DNA of 64,000 nucleotides from Rhynchobatus australiae (GCA_034780895.1 JAUZTB010000118.1:57704898-57768897); one strand, 5' to 3'; shown: positions 1-13,760, numbered from the stretch's first letter. Numbers and translations are program-made. The notes: generated from the letters alone by a model not told the origin.

Positions 1-1278
1 CAATAACCACGGTACACTCAATAATGAATGGATCGATTGACTTGGAATCAAACATTGGTTCTCTTTTTAGACTGTTATGGGGAAGTCAAAACGATCTTGA
101 GTAAGAAAATAAATATTTTAAGAGAATTTTCTTGTGTTACAGATAGATTAATAATCCTTCAATATATATTTTAAACAGCTGTCAATTATGATGACAAGGC
201 AGAATTCTCCTGTTTTGTGAAATGAATAATAGAAAACAGGGCAATCACATCACACCTGTAACAAGCTTCCCTTGCATTTTTGAAACAGCTAAATAATTTA
301 AGTGTGGCCAATAGGAAGCATAATAATGAGTATGGAGTGCAAATATTCACATGTAATGACTCTGGGGAAAGTGAAAATCGTGATTAACTTGCAAAACATA
401 TTCTTCCCCAAGAAGTACATTTCAGTGAGCCTGTCCCCAACTTCTGGACAGCCTTACATACAAATGAGCTCCCATAATATTATTAAATCCAAAATTGTTA
501 TTAATGACAACTAGTTTCATTTCTCTCTCCACTATTATCAATCTTTTCTTTAAATCAGTCTTACCATTACTTACCATTCATTACAAAACTGTGGCAATAT
601 GGCTACCATATCGAATGATTTTTGTCTATTTTCTGATTTATGGACAAAATTGACTTGTAGATGTCTATTAAAAACAGAACCCATTCATTACCCGGGGACC
701 TGTACATGTTTGCTACTAGAAATTTATATTTGCTCATCAAGGCCAATTAGATGTGTCTAATGATCTCAACAAGCACCAAAGGAGAAAGTCAATGCCAGCT
801 TTTAATTTAAACAAGTATCACACAAGGTAACTGTGCTTTCACTTTTTCCCTCTGCTTATGAGAAAGTCAAGAAGTCCTTCGATCTTCAAAGGGTAAATCA
901 GTCACCAAATAATGTGAAAGGGACCTAAAAAAAAAAGTGATATTATCCCTTCAGGTTGTTGCAGAATGCAACAGCTTCAAGGCATTCAATCTATCTTCTG
1001 CTTGAAAACGGCCAATTGTGTGTTTTGGATCTTCAGAGAGGTTAATGAAATCTTTGGCCTTTGTGCCATAGATTTCAGCTGTAGCCATGAGATGGGAACA
1101 AAAGCAGTCAGTCATTGTAAGCATCTCACATATTGGACTCTTGCCAAGTATGGGGTATATGAATGTTTCAGTGAGCCCCGTTGGTGCTATCTTCTCACTG
1201 TGTACAAGGTCAGCTGTGGTGGTCAAGTGCTGCCAAAGGGAGTTAATTTGCATCTGACGCCACTGTTTCCATCCACAG

Positions 1279-1380
1279 GTGAGCTCAATTCAGAACCAAA
1301 TGCAGTCCAAGGGCGGGTATGCAGGTCCTCCCATGCCAGTGAATGTTCAGATGCAGCTTGTGGACACAAAAGCTGGATAA
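1279..1380 (+). CDS. CDC42SE2: CDC42 small effector 2, last coding exon
   Basis: After acceptor ccatccacag, phase-0 translation is VSSIQNQMQSKGGYAGPPMPVNVQMQLVDTKAG*, nearly identical to the recalled C-terminus of vertebrate CDC42SE2 (VSSIQNQMQSKGGYGGGMPANVQMQLVDTKAG). Donor gtaagt at 1401. Absent from the ORF track; upstream exons lie left of the window. Confidence 0.93.
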   Translation: MSSIQNQMQSKGGYAGPPMPVNVQMQLVDTKAG

Positions 1381-2860
1381 CATTTAAAATAAAGCCTGTG
1401 GTAAGTACTAGTGCCAAGTCTCTCAGAACGACCAACATAATGACTAAAAAAAATGGCTCAACTTAAAAGCTGTTAGAAAAACAATCTCCTTAACAAGCAA
1501 TTAGAGGATGATCTCTTTAACAGGACAACTTGTACAAACGTGTTCAATAAAGAACACAATATACTGTACACCCTGAAGCATTGAACAGGCTTTCTTGGGC
1601 CTGCACTCAGGTTCTCATGGGTGCAAACTTGGGAAAATCATTTCATCAGAAGAATTCCATTTAGAGTCATTTTGGGAAATTCACTTGAAATACTGTGACC
1701 TGATCTTGCATTATGAAGTTCACGTGCATTGATTTGTAATTGGAGTTATGTTCATGGAGCTTTTTTGTACCAGAAGTTATTATGGAGCATTTTATTCTAA
1801 TCCTTTCTTTAATTTTAATTAATAACTTGTAGAAGTGTTTTTTTTTCATCCACTGTTTTCACTGCCTTTCCAAAAAGCAAATTCCATTAACACACTGAGC
1901 ATAAAGGCTAGTTGCTGTCTCTCACAACATGGGAGTTGGCATTCCTCGAGTGTGAACCGAGATGGCAAGGATTTTTAAACTATATCACAAGTCTAATTTA
2001 ATCTGCACTCAAAGCATTCACGTGAACTTTCCATTTAGAATCACTGGATGCTGATCAGAAGTTGAGGTCAATTAACTGGGACCAATGGTAAAACTCCTCC
2101 TGTCTTCACAGCTGAGATTAGCTAAAGTATCACAGATTTAAGGATGGATCCTACATCCTTCCAGTTTTTTTCCAAGCAGTTCTTTTGCTAAGTCAGAAGG
2201 TGTTTTTTTTTGTTTCACTGCTGGGCTCCCTGAAGAGTGATGGAAAGGCAGACTGAGTCAGTGGAACTTGTGAAGCAACCATGTTTATGCTCTGAGGTCA
2301 TTTAGTCTTGCCGCAGCTGAATAATAGTAATGTTGGGCAGTGGAACTCAATAACTCCGCCCATCTCCTTATTTGGAAAAGTGATCAAGAGTAAAAGGAGA
2401 AAAAGGGAAGAAAAGAGCTTGTAGAGAAAGTAATGACCTACATGGAGAGAATTGCTCATACCTGTCATGGGAACCTTTTGCTCTGGAAAACAATTTCACT
2501 TTTGCTCTTCTAATTGGTCTCAAATTAAGCTCATACCATTTCTAGATGCTGACAGTCTGTACACCCCCTCCTGATCCCTCCTCTCTTTTCCATCACATTG
2601 CTTTGGACCAGCTGGAATTTCTACTATTAAACTCCGAGGAGACTGTAGTCAGTGTTTATAGACTCTGCATTCTCAGCACCAGTCCCATTCATCTTCCCAA
2701 CTCCTGCTTTGCAGCTCTCAGCATTAGTCTGCAACTGGATCCCAAGGTGAGCTTCCAATTCCATATTCTCTCCTTAAAGACTGCCGCTGTGACATGGCCC
2801 ATCTCAGGTCATTTGATGCTGAAACTCAAGCCACGTTTCCGGTGCCACCAGACCTAACTA

Positions 2861-3196
2861 CAGTAAAGATCCAATAATCTGCCATCCAATTGTTCGGAAA
2901 TTCCACTGGTTCAGCACCCTGCTCACCAAGTGCTGATTCCCACATTCCCTTTAAGCACTGGGACCCCAGTTCCCACATTCTGTTTTCAATAAATGTTCCG
3001 TTGAAACTCATTTAGTTCTGTTTCCTGTATTCTCTTGAAACTGGACATTTCACCTTTCTACTATACTGTGTAACATCTTTAAAAAGTAAATTAAAGTTGT
3101 TAGAATAATTGGACTAACATCCAATAGTCTGGAAAATCTGCCAACCCGGCACCACCAAAGCCCCAAGTGTGTCAGATCTATAACAGAGTGTTACTG
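2861..3196 (-). mobile_element. Tc1/mariner (Tigger/pogo-like) MITE
   Basis: TA|CAGTAAAG...GTTACTG|TA: imperfect terminal inverted repeats with TA on both sides; internal sequence is the reverse complement of the element at 20207-22883, including about one minisatellite unit. Confidence 0.7.
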
Positions 3197-3677
3197 TATT
3201 CCAATCACCCAAGTTCCACTGATATTTATCCAAAACTCTACATGCTTTACCTGCACTTATCACAAGTGTGCTTATGAATTTACTTTGTTGTCTCAAATTT
3301 AAAGTTCCACACCTCATATTTAAATCCATTGATTACTTGGCCCATCCCTATTCCTATTCTCTCCTCTGGACGTGTAATTCCCCCTTCTCCCAGAAATCTG
3401 CCTCTCCCGCATCCCCTTGCACTCTTCTCTTGGCTGCCTTGAAGAACAGACACAAAACTGAGCTCTCCACTAAGCTTTAAGTCGTCATTTCCTCTTGCCA
3501 TTTCTACTTTTGTCTGATGAAACCTATGTACAGTATTGGGACATGTTTCCACATTAGAGGCATTATGTTAAAGAGTTGATTTTGGCCTGACCTTATAATA
3601 ATGTGTAGTCTGCCTAAAGAACTAAAGTTTCATTAGATGACTTGTATATTAACAGTGTACACATTTATTTCCTACAG

Positions 3678-4699
3678 ATTCCTCCAAGTTCATGTATTTC
3701 TTCCTCTCGTTTTCTCCCTTTTCACTATGGTGACTGCTTCTCTGAGTTCTTCATGATGAGAAAGGCATTACAACAACCCATCACCTGTTCCTGTGGCAAT
3801 TCTTTGGCTGGAGTCTCTCCTGTTCTGCTCTGAAGATATCATTAATAGGACTGCTCCGTCTCAAGGCAGTGATTTGAAAGGATTTGACCTTTGCCGAAGT
3901 CATGGACATAGCTTCTCATATTTTTTTTTAAAAAGATACAAATAGAATTTTAGCATTTTCTTCTCTTCAAGTTCCACAAGTGCCAGAGCAAACCATTACC
4001 GTGTATATTTCAATTTGCCCATCCTTCTATAACTGTGCAGCATTTTTTTCTTTAATTTTTGATGCTTTTTATTTGCATTTGTTTTCAGTGTTAGTTTGTA
4101 ATTGAGGATGTCTAAAGGTCTGGAACCTGAAAGCACAATTACATTATCACACTCCCTCTTAGTAAGTCAGCATGGTAAATGACTGCATGTGATGTAGCTC
4201 AGCCAATGGCAAAGTGTTTGTTGCAGCGGAATGATGATACTAATGCTGACAAGTTTCTAGCCAGCATGTCAGTTTTGCCAGATGCCTGCCTCCTTATCCC
4301 TGAGCCTACTTGCCTGCATACTTTTTACATTTTTTTCTGTTTGAAGCCCCTCTTGAAAATAACCGAATACAGTAACTGGCATTTTTTTGTATAATGGCCT
4401 GTGGTAAATGTGCAATTCAGCATACTCCTGTATTTTATATGAACAGATTAAAGAAAAATGCATTTGACCATGAGCAGGTAACCAGTACAATTGCACCTGT
4501 GATGCAGTAAAATGGTAGTGCTCCATGTGTCAACCTTTTGTTGCATAGCAACAACTGTTTTTAAAAAAAAATGCCTGGATCCTGAATTCACAAACTGGCC
4601 AACAACAGGAGTGTAGTCCTTATCAATTGCTGTACAGTTTTTTAGACTTTTCTCTGCAGCTCTTTGAGTGAATCTCAAATTTTTAAAAGAAATACTTTT
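3678..4699 (+). other. CDC42SE2: Probable non-coding terminal (3' UTR) exon of CDC42SE2; 3' end unresolved because it runs into a gap
   Basis: Strong acceptor atttatttcctacag ending 3677 can pair with the donor at 1401; downstream sequence is repeat-free, U-rich and UTR-like. Confidence 0.6.
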
Positions 4700-6289
4700 N
4701 NNNNNNNNNNNNNNNNNNNNNNNNNNNNNNNNNNNNNNNNNNNNNNNNNNNNNNNNNNNNNNNNNNNNNNNNNNNNNNNNNNNNNNNNNNNNNNNNNNNN
4801 NNNNNNNNNNNNNNNNNNNNNNNNNNNNNNNNNNNNNNNNNNNNNNNNNNNNNNNNNNNNNNNNNNNNNNNNNNNNNNNNNNNNNNNNNNNNNNNNNNNN
4901 NNNNNNNNNNNNNNNNNNNNNNNNNNNNNNNNNNNNNNNNNNNNNNNNNNNNNNNNNNNNNNNNNNNNNNNNNNNNNNNNNNNNNNNNNNNNNNNNNNNN
5001 NNNNNNNNNNNNNNNNNNNNNNNNNNNNNNNNNNNNNNNNNNNNNNNNNNNNNNNNNNNNNNNNNNNNNNNNNNNNNNNNNNNNNNNNNNNNNNNNNNNN
5101 NNNNNNNNNNNNNNNNNNNNNNNNNNNNNNNNNNNNNNNNNNNNNNNNNNNNNNNNNNNNNNNNNNNNNNNNNNNNNNNNNNNNNNNNNNNNNNNNNNNN
5201 NNNNNNNNNNNNNNNNNNNNNNNNNNNNNNNNNNNNNNNNNNNNNNNNNNNNNNNNNNNNNNNNNNNNNNNNNNNNNNNNNNNNNNNNNNNNNNNNNNNN
5301 NNNNNNNNNNNNNNNNNNNNNNNNNNNNNNNNNNNNNNNNNNNNNNNNNNNNNNNNNNNNNNNNNNNNNNNNNNNNNNNNNNNNNNNNNNNNNNNNNNNN
5401 NNNNNNNNNNNNNNNNNNNNNNNNNNNNNNNNNNNNNNNNNNNNNNNNNNNNNNNNNNNNNNNNNNNNNNNNNNNNNNNNNNNNNNNNNNNNNNNNNNNN
5501 NNNNNNNNNNNNNNNNNNNNNNNNNNNNNNNNNNNNNNNNNNNNNNNNNNNNNNNNNNNNNNNNNNNNNNNNNNNNNNNNNNNNNNNNNNNNNNNNNNNN
5601 NNNNNNNNNNNNNNNNNNNNNNNNNNNNNNNNNNNNNTGCTCTTGCATATTTGTTGTACATTGTTCTCTAAATGAAGTCATTGATATCAACATACTTTAC
5701 AATTCCTTTCAGCACAGAACACACTGTCTGTTCCAATGATGGAAACTAATTCAGTGCTATAATTTTTGACTCCATGGTTGAAATTTGTTCAGGAACTGAA
5801 CAGATTGGTGGTGTTAATCTGCAATCACAGGCAGAGAAGAACCATGCATAACCCCAGATGAAACAAATGAAAGCTGATTATCTTTTTTAAAAAAAAACTT
5901 GACGACCAAGGATAGTCCACATGATACTTGAAAAAGAGAAGGATGGGGACTTGTCATAGCTGCACATATTCCCAATATCCTAATGTTTATTGGTAAACAA
6001 TCCCTGGAATTGTAGGCATTTGTAAATGTGTTGGTGGAATAAGAAATAAATATGGGGAGATGTGACTGGGCAAACTGGTTTATTCCCTTAGGGAACCTGG
6101 GACATCACCGGTAAATTTGCATTTTGGCATGCTTTAGTGATTTTTTGCTAACATCCTGAAGCCAGTGGTTGTACCATTCAGTTGAAAATAAACTTCACTG
6201 GAAGACCTACTAATATTTTTAAATACAAAACTGAAGACGGTCGCAGGGAATTGAATGTAGGACAGACTCCAGATGCATTGCAACAAAAG

Positions 6290-7275
6290 CTTGAAGCATT
6301 CCTCTCATCTGGCAGCATTCATGGGGAGAGAAGCAGAGTCATCATTTCGGGTTAAAGATCCTCCATCGGAACTAGAAGAGTGAGAAAAACCAAGCGTGTT
6401 TCAATTGCAGAGAGGGAGGGTAAAGAGAACAGAAGGAAAGCCTGTGACAGGGTGCAGACCAAAGTTGTCAAGGTACAAACAATCTGCTGGAGGAACTCAG
6501 TGGGTCGAGCTAAGTGTTGACAAGGTAACATTTATTTTCAAAACTGCCAGTTAGAGAAATGGGAAAAAAAGAACGGAAACACGGGGATACAGCCATATCT
6601 ATGGAGAGAGAGAAAACAAACTGGTTATGTGAAATTTGTTGAATTCAATAGTAAGTCCCAAAGGCTTCAACAGACTCAGATAGAAGTAGATACATTTGGT
6701 GTCATTTAGCATAATGTTAAAGATATACAAGTCAGAGGGTGAAAATCAAAACACTGCAGATGCTGGAAATTGAAATAAAAAGAGAAAATGCTGGAAACAC
6801 TCAGATCAGGCAGCATCAGTGGAGAGAGAAAAAGAATTGACGTTTCAGATTTGAAACGCTTAACTCTGTTTCTCTCTCCACAAACACTGCCTGACCTGCT
6901 GAGTGTTTCCAGCATTTTATGTTGTAGAGTCAAAGGGAGAGTGGCTTGAGGAATTGCACCTCATCTTTCATCTGGTTTTGTTGCTTAAGATAACTGCATT
7001 TGATGCACACTCTCCACAACTGTGGCATTACCTCTCTGTTTTGGTTTGTTTCTTTATTCCTTTCTTTAATTGCCAGTTTTGAAAGTAAATGATACCTTGA
7101 TAACTTTGGTCTGCACCCTATCACAGGCATTCCCTCTCTTCTTTCCACCCTCCCCCTTAAAACATCCTTGTCTTGCTTTTGCTGTTCTGATGAAGGGGCC
7201 GTGACATCCCACTACAGCTCTGTTTCTCTCTGATGCTGAGTGTTTTCGTTTTGGATTTCCAGCATCTCTATTTTT
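6290..7275. mobile_element. Penelope-like terminal sequences arranged as a nested inverted repeat
   Basis: Arms ~6440-6565 and ~7058-7128 are reverse complements (gcctgtgacagggtgcagaccaaagttgtcaaggta / taccttgataactttggtctgcaccctatcacaggc); central palindrome ~6770-6925 of the recurrent gctggaaacactcag...ctgagtgtttccagc motif. Confidence 0.6.
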
Positions 7276-8319
7276 TTGCTCCAATTAAATACATTAACAC
7301 AGCCTTAGCATATCCTAGCTATCTGTGTGATTATATACTGAAAATGAATGGAGTATCAGGTGAGCTCAGAAGTGGGTGTGCATTTACTTCCACACAGTAT
7401 TCAATGCACAACATGCATACACATCTAAATAAAAACAATCTATTCTCCCACAACATTATAATGGTTTGGGAGTTTTAGCCTTCAGTGTGACTTGGGAGCC
7501 GGCATTTACTCTGACACCTGAGTGGGGTGTTCATTATGAAAAAGCTTAATGAGAAACTTTGATTCTGAATTAAAATTCTGAGTTAAAATCAATCAAATAG
7601 TTAGGCTTGGATTGAGGCAATTGACCATCAATTAATTATTGAGCTTTGATGAAATAAAATTGGGGATAAGTGCCCTCACCAGTGCTGCACTGACAACAGT
7701 TAACTTGACAAGTACATCTGCTCTTAAGTAAAGGAAAGAATTCATCAACATAAATAAAATATTGAATGTTTCAGAGAGGAAAGGGCAATTATGCACCATA
7801 GAAAATGCCTAGAGTACTTGGAAAATGCAAAGAGGTTATTAGCTTAGGTGGAGGAGATAATCTAATGAAATAGGGTATTTGCTGAGAGGATATTTCCTTT
7901 GGTAGGGGAAGCTACAGCTAGGGAGCATTGTTTTAGGACCTAGGGGTCACCCATTTAATACTTGAAGAGGCACTCTCCTCCACTGCCATCTCCCTCCTCC
8001 ATCACAGTCATTATACATGTTGCTGCTGTTTGCTTTTCACAGAAAGGGTACCTTCTCCGACTGCTGACGGTGAGTTATTGGAAGTTATGCTCAGTTGAAT
8101 GTAATCCTGTTGGGAAATGCACAGATTTCATTTTAGTGCATGATTATTTGAGTAAATTATCCTAGCAGTTTCCAATGTATTTTGGGCCAATTTTGTAATT
8201 TTTTTTTAGTGGGGGGGGGAATCCAATTAATTGCTAGCACTATATGCAGCATTTCTCACCAAAAAGGGATGAAATTCATTTTCTAGTCAAGTGTCTTAAA
8301 GGGGGAAAGAGAGAGGTTA

Positions 8320-8700
8320 AGGAGAGAATATCAGAGATTAAGACTTGGTCCATTGAAGATACAGGCAACAAATGGTAAAGTAATCAAGGGCTCAAAGTCA
8401 GTGCGGAGTGCAGTGCAGTTACCACAGAGGATCAAGAGCTGAAAAAGAATTTGGAGATAGAAAGGGGAAAGGCCATGGAACAATCTGAAAACCAGGATGA
8501 ACATTTTAAAGGCAGAATGTTGCTGAACTAGGACCAGCTTAGGTTGGCTAGCAAAGGGATATTGGAAGAACAAAACCTGGGATATGTGCAACAGAGTTTT
8601 AGGTGATGGTGTGTAAGATAAGGAGGAGCAGACAGAGGTACATTGGAACAGTTATGCCCAGAAGTAACAAAAGCATGGCTCATGGCTTTGGTTATGGGAA
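8320..8700 (-). mobile_element. Degenerate L2 LINE 3' fragment
   Basis: Minus-strand translation FKMFILVFRLFHGLSPFYL resembles the L2 ORF2 C-terminal FKILxLxFKxLHGLAPxYL motif. Confidence 0.55.
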
Positions 8701-8950
8701 TGGAAGCACAGTAGTTTTGTTAATGGACAAGTAACTGTAAAGCCTGAATAAGTGAATTTGACCGGGATTCAAATACAGCAGTGAGGGAATTTAAATCCAG
8801 TTAATGCATTAAGACTGGAATAAAAAGATATTGTGGTGAACATAAAGGTGTTACAAAACCCATTTAGGTTTGCTTAACAGCATGGAATCTGCATCCTTAG
8901 CTGGTCTGGCCTGTGTGCAATTCTAGACCCATACCAAAGAGTTTGAGTCT
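8700..8950 (+). mobile_element. Old SINE-like repeat, probably RTE-associated
   Basis: Recurrent motif aaaacccattta...ggaatctgcatccttagctggtctggcc; a related reverse copy lies at ~54390-54580. Confidence 0.35.
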
Positions 8951-11809
8951 GGTACAACATTCAGTTATATCAAACTGAGGTTTAAAAAAATGACAATGAA
9001 AGAGATAAAATTGGACAAACCACCCAACCTTGGTCCAGACTCAGACACCCTGCCCAGTCAATTCTGGAAAGATGTCCTCATTTTTAGAGGTGAAATCTAA
9101 TGCCCTTTTTTTTGCAAATTTTGTGGATCAATAAGAAAGAGGACTTCTGTAAATAGAATTAACAAGTTTTATGAAGTGATGGTAAATGATATTACAAATA
9201 CTACTAAGTAATATTTCANNNNNNNNNTAGTCGTGATAAATTCCTTCACTAAATATGTTGCTTGCACTGATGGAAAAGTAACTGCTGCTTTTAAACTGCA
9301 GCCTAAAGCAACTAAATCTTAGTCAGGACTACCAATGAGGGAGCCTACAGGACACCATTTCATTTTGCAATTCTTTCTACAGGGTCTCAGCAAGTTCTAT
9401 GTTTAAAAGTAGCTGTGTTTTGTTTTCTCATGGAAGTATGCTGCTTCTGTGTTAAATTTCAATTCCCTAGATTCTATGAAGGCCCCAGTGGATTGGAAAA
9501 CTGTAAATGTAAACTTCTACTAAAAAAATGCCTTGTGTTAATTCCAATAATTTTCAAACTTGAATTTTCAAAATATGGTGTGACTGCAACTCCTCTGTGC
9601 AGCAATACAACTTGCCACATCCCTCAGTTCTTTCAGAAAAGAAAATATTCCCTTTGTATATGTTTTGTTCTGAAAACTTTGGATTTTTGTTCAGTGGTAG
9701 GAGGTGGATTTTCATGTGCATGGAGCTGCTGAGTGGCCTTACTCATGAGAATACAGTCAAGTCAGAGGAGGAGGAGCCCATATCCTTTATGGAACCCAGC
9801 CAATTTAATATCCATTAATTTAAATGGATGGAAAATTGTTTATACTTTCTTAGACCCAGGTGGTGCCATTTTTCTTTTGTTTGTTGTGACTGAATCATGT
9901 AATATAGCCTACAGAAGCAGGAGCAAAGAAAATTTAACCTTGGAAATTCAGTTAAGTTGGGTTTATAAAACAAAAGGAGATGCAATAAAATGTTACCAAC
10001 ATTCCAAATCAATTGCAAAACATTCATTTACAATCCTCCAATCATTGCTATTAATTTATATCGCTCAAAGTTCCTTATAGATTTCAAACATTGCCAACCA
10101 AGTTCTTGTATTTCTGTATTATGTTGCTAATAGATTTTTTTTGTTCCAGCTACGGTATCTAAGGTTAGTCCCCAACCATTTCATAATCATGCTCCTTTGT
10201 CATTGCGTAAATCTCTGAACCAAGGAAACCTCATCCCAAATATTATGCTTTTAGCACAGGATTTTCATTTAATAGAAGAAGCTGTACAAAATGCTGGGAT
10301 ACATGTTTACTATTCTACCCTCCCCCCTTTTGTTAATCTGCTAGTTGGTTTTCCTGTAACAAAATGTGTAAACAACCAATAATCAAGAGTTTTTTCTCAT
10401 TCTCTTTCTCTCTGTCTTGATTTCTGTGTATCAGAATTTCTTATAAGAACCTGAGATTTCTACATAAGTTTTTCATATCTTCCATGTGGAAGAGATGTAA
10501 TTGTGCACTGTGGAAATTGTTATATGACTTCTGCAATGTTTAAATTTGTTGAATATTTCATTAAGAAGAGCTTCATGGATTTGTGATATTCTCAGATTTC
10601 ATCATCTGCCATCTGTACTGAGAAATGTCACTGGTATTTTTGGGTTGTAGCTGACACTGTTCCTGAGACTTTAAGCAAGACTGGTGTTCATGCATCTCCT
10701 CCGCCTGGCATCTGTTGTATGATGGCAGTAAGATTTTCACTAATGACCAATTTGACCCAGGTTCTGTTTTTGGAGTCTTTTGAAGTGGTTCAGAAAGATC
10801 TGATTGTAAAACGCTGCATTTCACAAAAACATTGGTTGTTTATAAAATTTCAATGTTTTTCTACTAGAAATTGTGTATCAATCATACTAAAATGAGTTGA
10901 TTGTCCTGAATAACTTTTGTAGGAACATCTGTTTAACAGAACATTGATAGTTAACAAACCATTTCCTAAGGCTTGCATTATATGCCCAATCACCTAACTA
11001 TTCTTTTTGTTGTTACTTAAAGATTGATAGTTTCCTCCTCTCCTATTTTCATTTCCCTCCTGTGGATTTTCTTATTGGTTTATATGCAGTCCAAACACAT
11101 CGGGATTTAAAATCAGCAAAGAATGTAATTAGTAGAATAAGATCTTTGCTTGTCTGCCTTAAGTATGCAGTTTTCTTGTTTTCACAATATTTTCCTGTAC
11201 CTGCTTTAAAAAAAAAATGATCTCATTACAACTGCAAATGTACAAAGTGTGGAAAACACTTCCTAATTTACAGAGGGCTACTGTCAATCTTTAAGTCCAA
11301 GAATGATGGTTTTGGGATAGCTGAGTATGTTACCTCCAGCTGAGAGTAGATTGCTGGCACATGAAGAAATTGCTCAAGGAGTTGGCCTGCAGNNNNNNNN
11401 NNTTTGCAAATCACGCTAGGGCTAAATACCTGATCCACACCCTTAATCAGAGTGCCCCTGGGACATCAACCCACTTCAGAGTTGTGTTGAAAAATGCTTT
11501 GGAAAAACTGATCCCACTTTCCATTCATTTATAAATCTGAATGAGAAAAATGTGTTAAACCACAGAGGGCATGTTTGGTCTAATTAAGTGGATGACCTAC
11601 AAAGTAAGGTTTGACGTTTTGGTTTCTGACTGTTTGCTGCAGGAGGACGAGGGAGAATAAGGGGTGGGGGGGGGGGGATAGTGTCAGGTGGGGAAACAAC
11701 AGAGTGCAGNNNNNNNNNNNNNNNNNNNNNNNNNNNNNNNNNNNNNNNNNNNNNNNNNNNNNNNNNNNNNNNNNNNNNNNNNNNNNNNNNNNNNNNNNNN
11801 NNNNNNNNN

Positions 11810-11848
<39 letters not shown>

Positions 11849-13574
11849 AGAGTGTCAGGTGGGGAAACAACAGAGTGCAGAGAGGGAAAGTTGCTGAAAT
11901 TCTGCTCACAGTGCAGCAGCCTTCAGCCAGGAGTGCAAATTTGGTGGAAGTCATCAAAGTTAAATATGGAAAGGATGATGTAGCAGTCATGGGATCATTA
12001 TCATGCAAGAGCCTTTGCTGTGAAACTTCTCAATAGCTTACTAACTGCATACAGCAGGAGTGATCAGTCAAAAGAAGTTGCAGACAATTTCATGCCATAT
12101 AAAAATCATCTTAATAATTTATTTACCATTTTAATGCAAGTTTGCAAATAAGTGTTTCTGACGCTTGGATATGACAGCATGTTTTGCGATTTGGCAGAAG
12201 TTGGGAGAATTGAGATTGCAGAGAGCACACCTCACACTTCCTCTCCCCACCCTCAACCCCAGTCACAGTACAGATTTTATTGGGTCTGTGGCTGCACCCC
12301 AAAATCCGCATTCCAATCCAAACTTCTGCAAGGTGCTCCGAGCAGCAAATTTACAAAACAAAAATTCCATTGGAGGGCCAACAACCAAAGCTGTTTTTTG
12401 ACACCCCCATTGCTAGACTCAGATCATCAGAAAAAGAAAAAGTCCCAGTTTAAATGGCTGTGAGAGGAATGTATTGCTCTCATGCCCCCTTGTTGCAATA
12501 TTATTGAATGCGACAGAACTGAAGGACTTTTTTGTTTCAAATCTCTCCTTCCTCCTGAGAAGAGTTAGCTCCACAGATAATGGAGTCAATAATAACACAG
12601 ACAAAGTAGCTTAGATCAAAGACCTATATATATATAAAGCCATTGTCTATCCATTGACAAAGATGGCTTTTGCATTTTCAAAACCACATTTAAGATTGTG
12701 GAACTTTTTTGAGATCTACAACATTCTTCAACTAATATAAAATCAGATGTAGAATTGCAATGTTCTTTATACTACTGGGACCTCATGCTGTTTTATTAAA
12801 ACTTGGCAGTATTTAGAAGTTTAAGTTTCATTGTGTATTTCTGAAATTATTCTTAAAGTCTTTGATGTGACTTTTTGAAAGCAGGCTTGAGCTTCATGCT
12901 ATAAAAATAAAATTATGGATTAATTTGTTCTGTTAAATACTCTACAGGGATCTAATTTGACTTCATTTTCATATCACATGTTACCAATAAATGACTCAGG
13001 TTTCTAGTGTGTTGAAACATATTGAAATTAAATATCTCTGAAACCTGTCATTATATCAGTAAAAAGACCCCTATGGAGGCAGGTAAGATTAATAATTTCA
13101 TATTGCAGGCAGTCTCCCAGGATTGGTTATGAACTGTTTGTATATTTCCACAATCTGCTATGTATTACTGTATTTCCTGCAATATGCAAGGTATTTGTAC
13201 GTGAAGGTCCAGAAGGGAAGAATTAAGGTGTTGAAGAAGGCTAACACACATTGTCAGATTGGATGCACAAATTACAGAGTTCTTTGAGGAGACAGTAGAA
13301 GGAACCATCTACATCAAGTATGATCTCATGCTGAAAATTGACTGAATTACACAATTAGCAATGACACTGGCAATTGCAGAGTGATGCAGAGATCCTGTGA
13401 GGTGAAGGAAATGGTTCTGAGGATATGGGTTTGGATAAAGTATCAATATCAAGCATCTTCAAATTCTATTGGTACATGATTTACTATAATATTTAAATTT
13501 GACATCAGCCATTACAGGAACACACGCCATTACAGGAATTAAATACAAACTGAATGCCGTGGAAACGTGAAACC

Positions 13575-13760
13575 AAAGAATTGTCAGTTTTCATGGAAAG
13601 AAAAACAAGGCTGATGTTTCAAGTCAAAGACCTTTGTCAGTTCTGTTGAAAGGTCTTTGAACTGAAACATTAATTTTCTTTACAGAGATGTTGCCTGACC
13701 TGCTGAATACATCCAGCATTTTCTGTTTGTATTTCATATTTCCAGCATCTGCAGTTTTAA
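13575..13760. mobile_element. Palindromic Penelope-like terminal fragment
   Basis: gatgtttcaagtcaaagacctttg...aaaggtctttgaactgaaacatt followed by gttgcctgacctgctgaa...ccagcatctgcag. Similar palindromes at ~19180-19345, 43725-44125 and 47219-47335. Confidence 0.55.

Noticed and set aside
71-1040. Apparent exons 71-100 and 955-1040 with plausible splice sites
   Set aside because: They lie within a CDC42SE2 intron, no translation matches the known protein, and the donor at 1041 is weak.
966-1466. 166-aa ORF and overlapping minus-strand ORFs
   Set aside because: No recognisable protein; the true coding exon (CDC42SE2, 1279-1380) is in another frame.
4664-5693. Long ORFs full of X (also 24714-25544 and others)
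   Set aside because: Artefacts of translating through N gaps.
11679-11880. 31-bp direct repeat and poly-G/poly-C (poly-Pro/Gly ORFs) flanking a 100-N gap
   Set aside because: Likely assembly overlap around a homopolymer; the same pattern occurs at 48251-48381.
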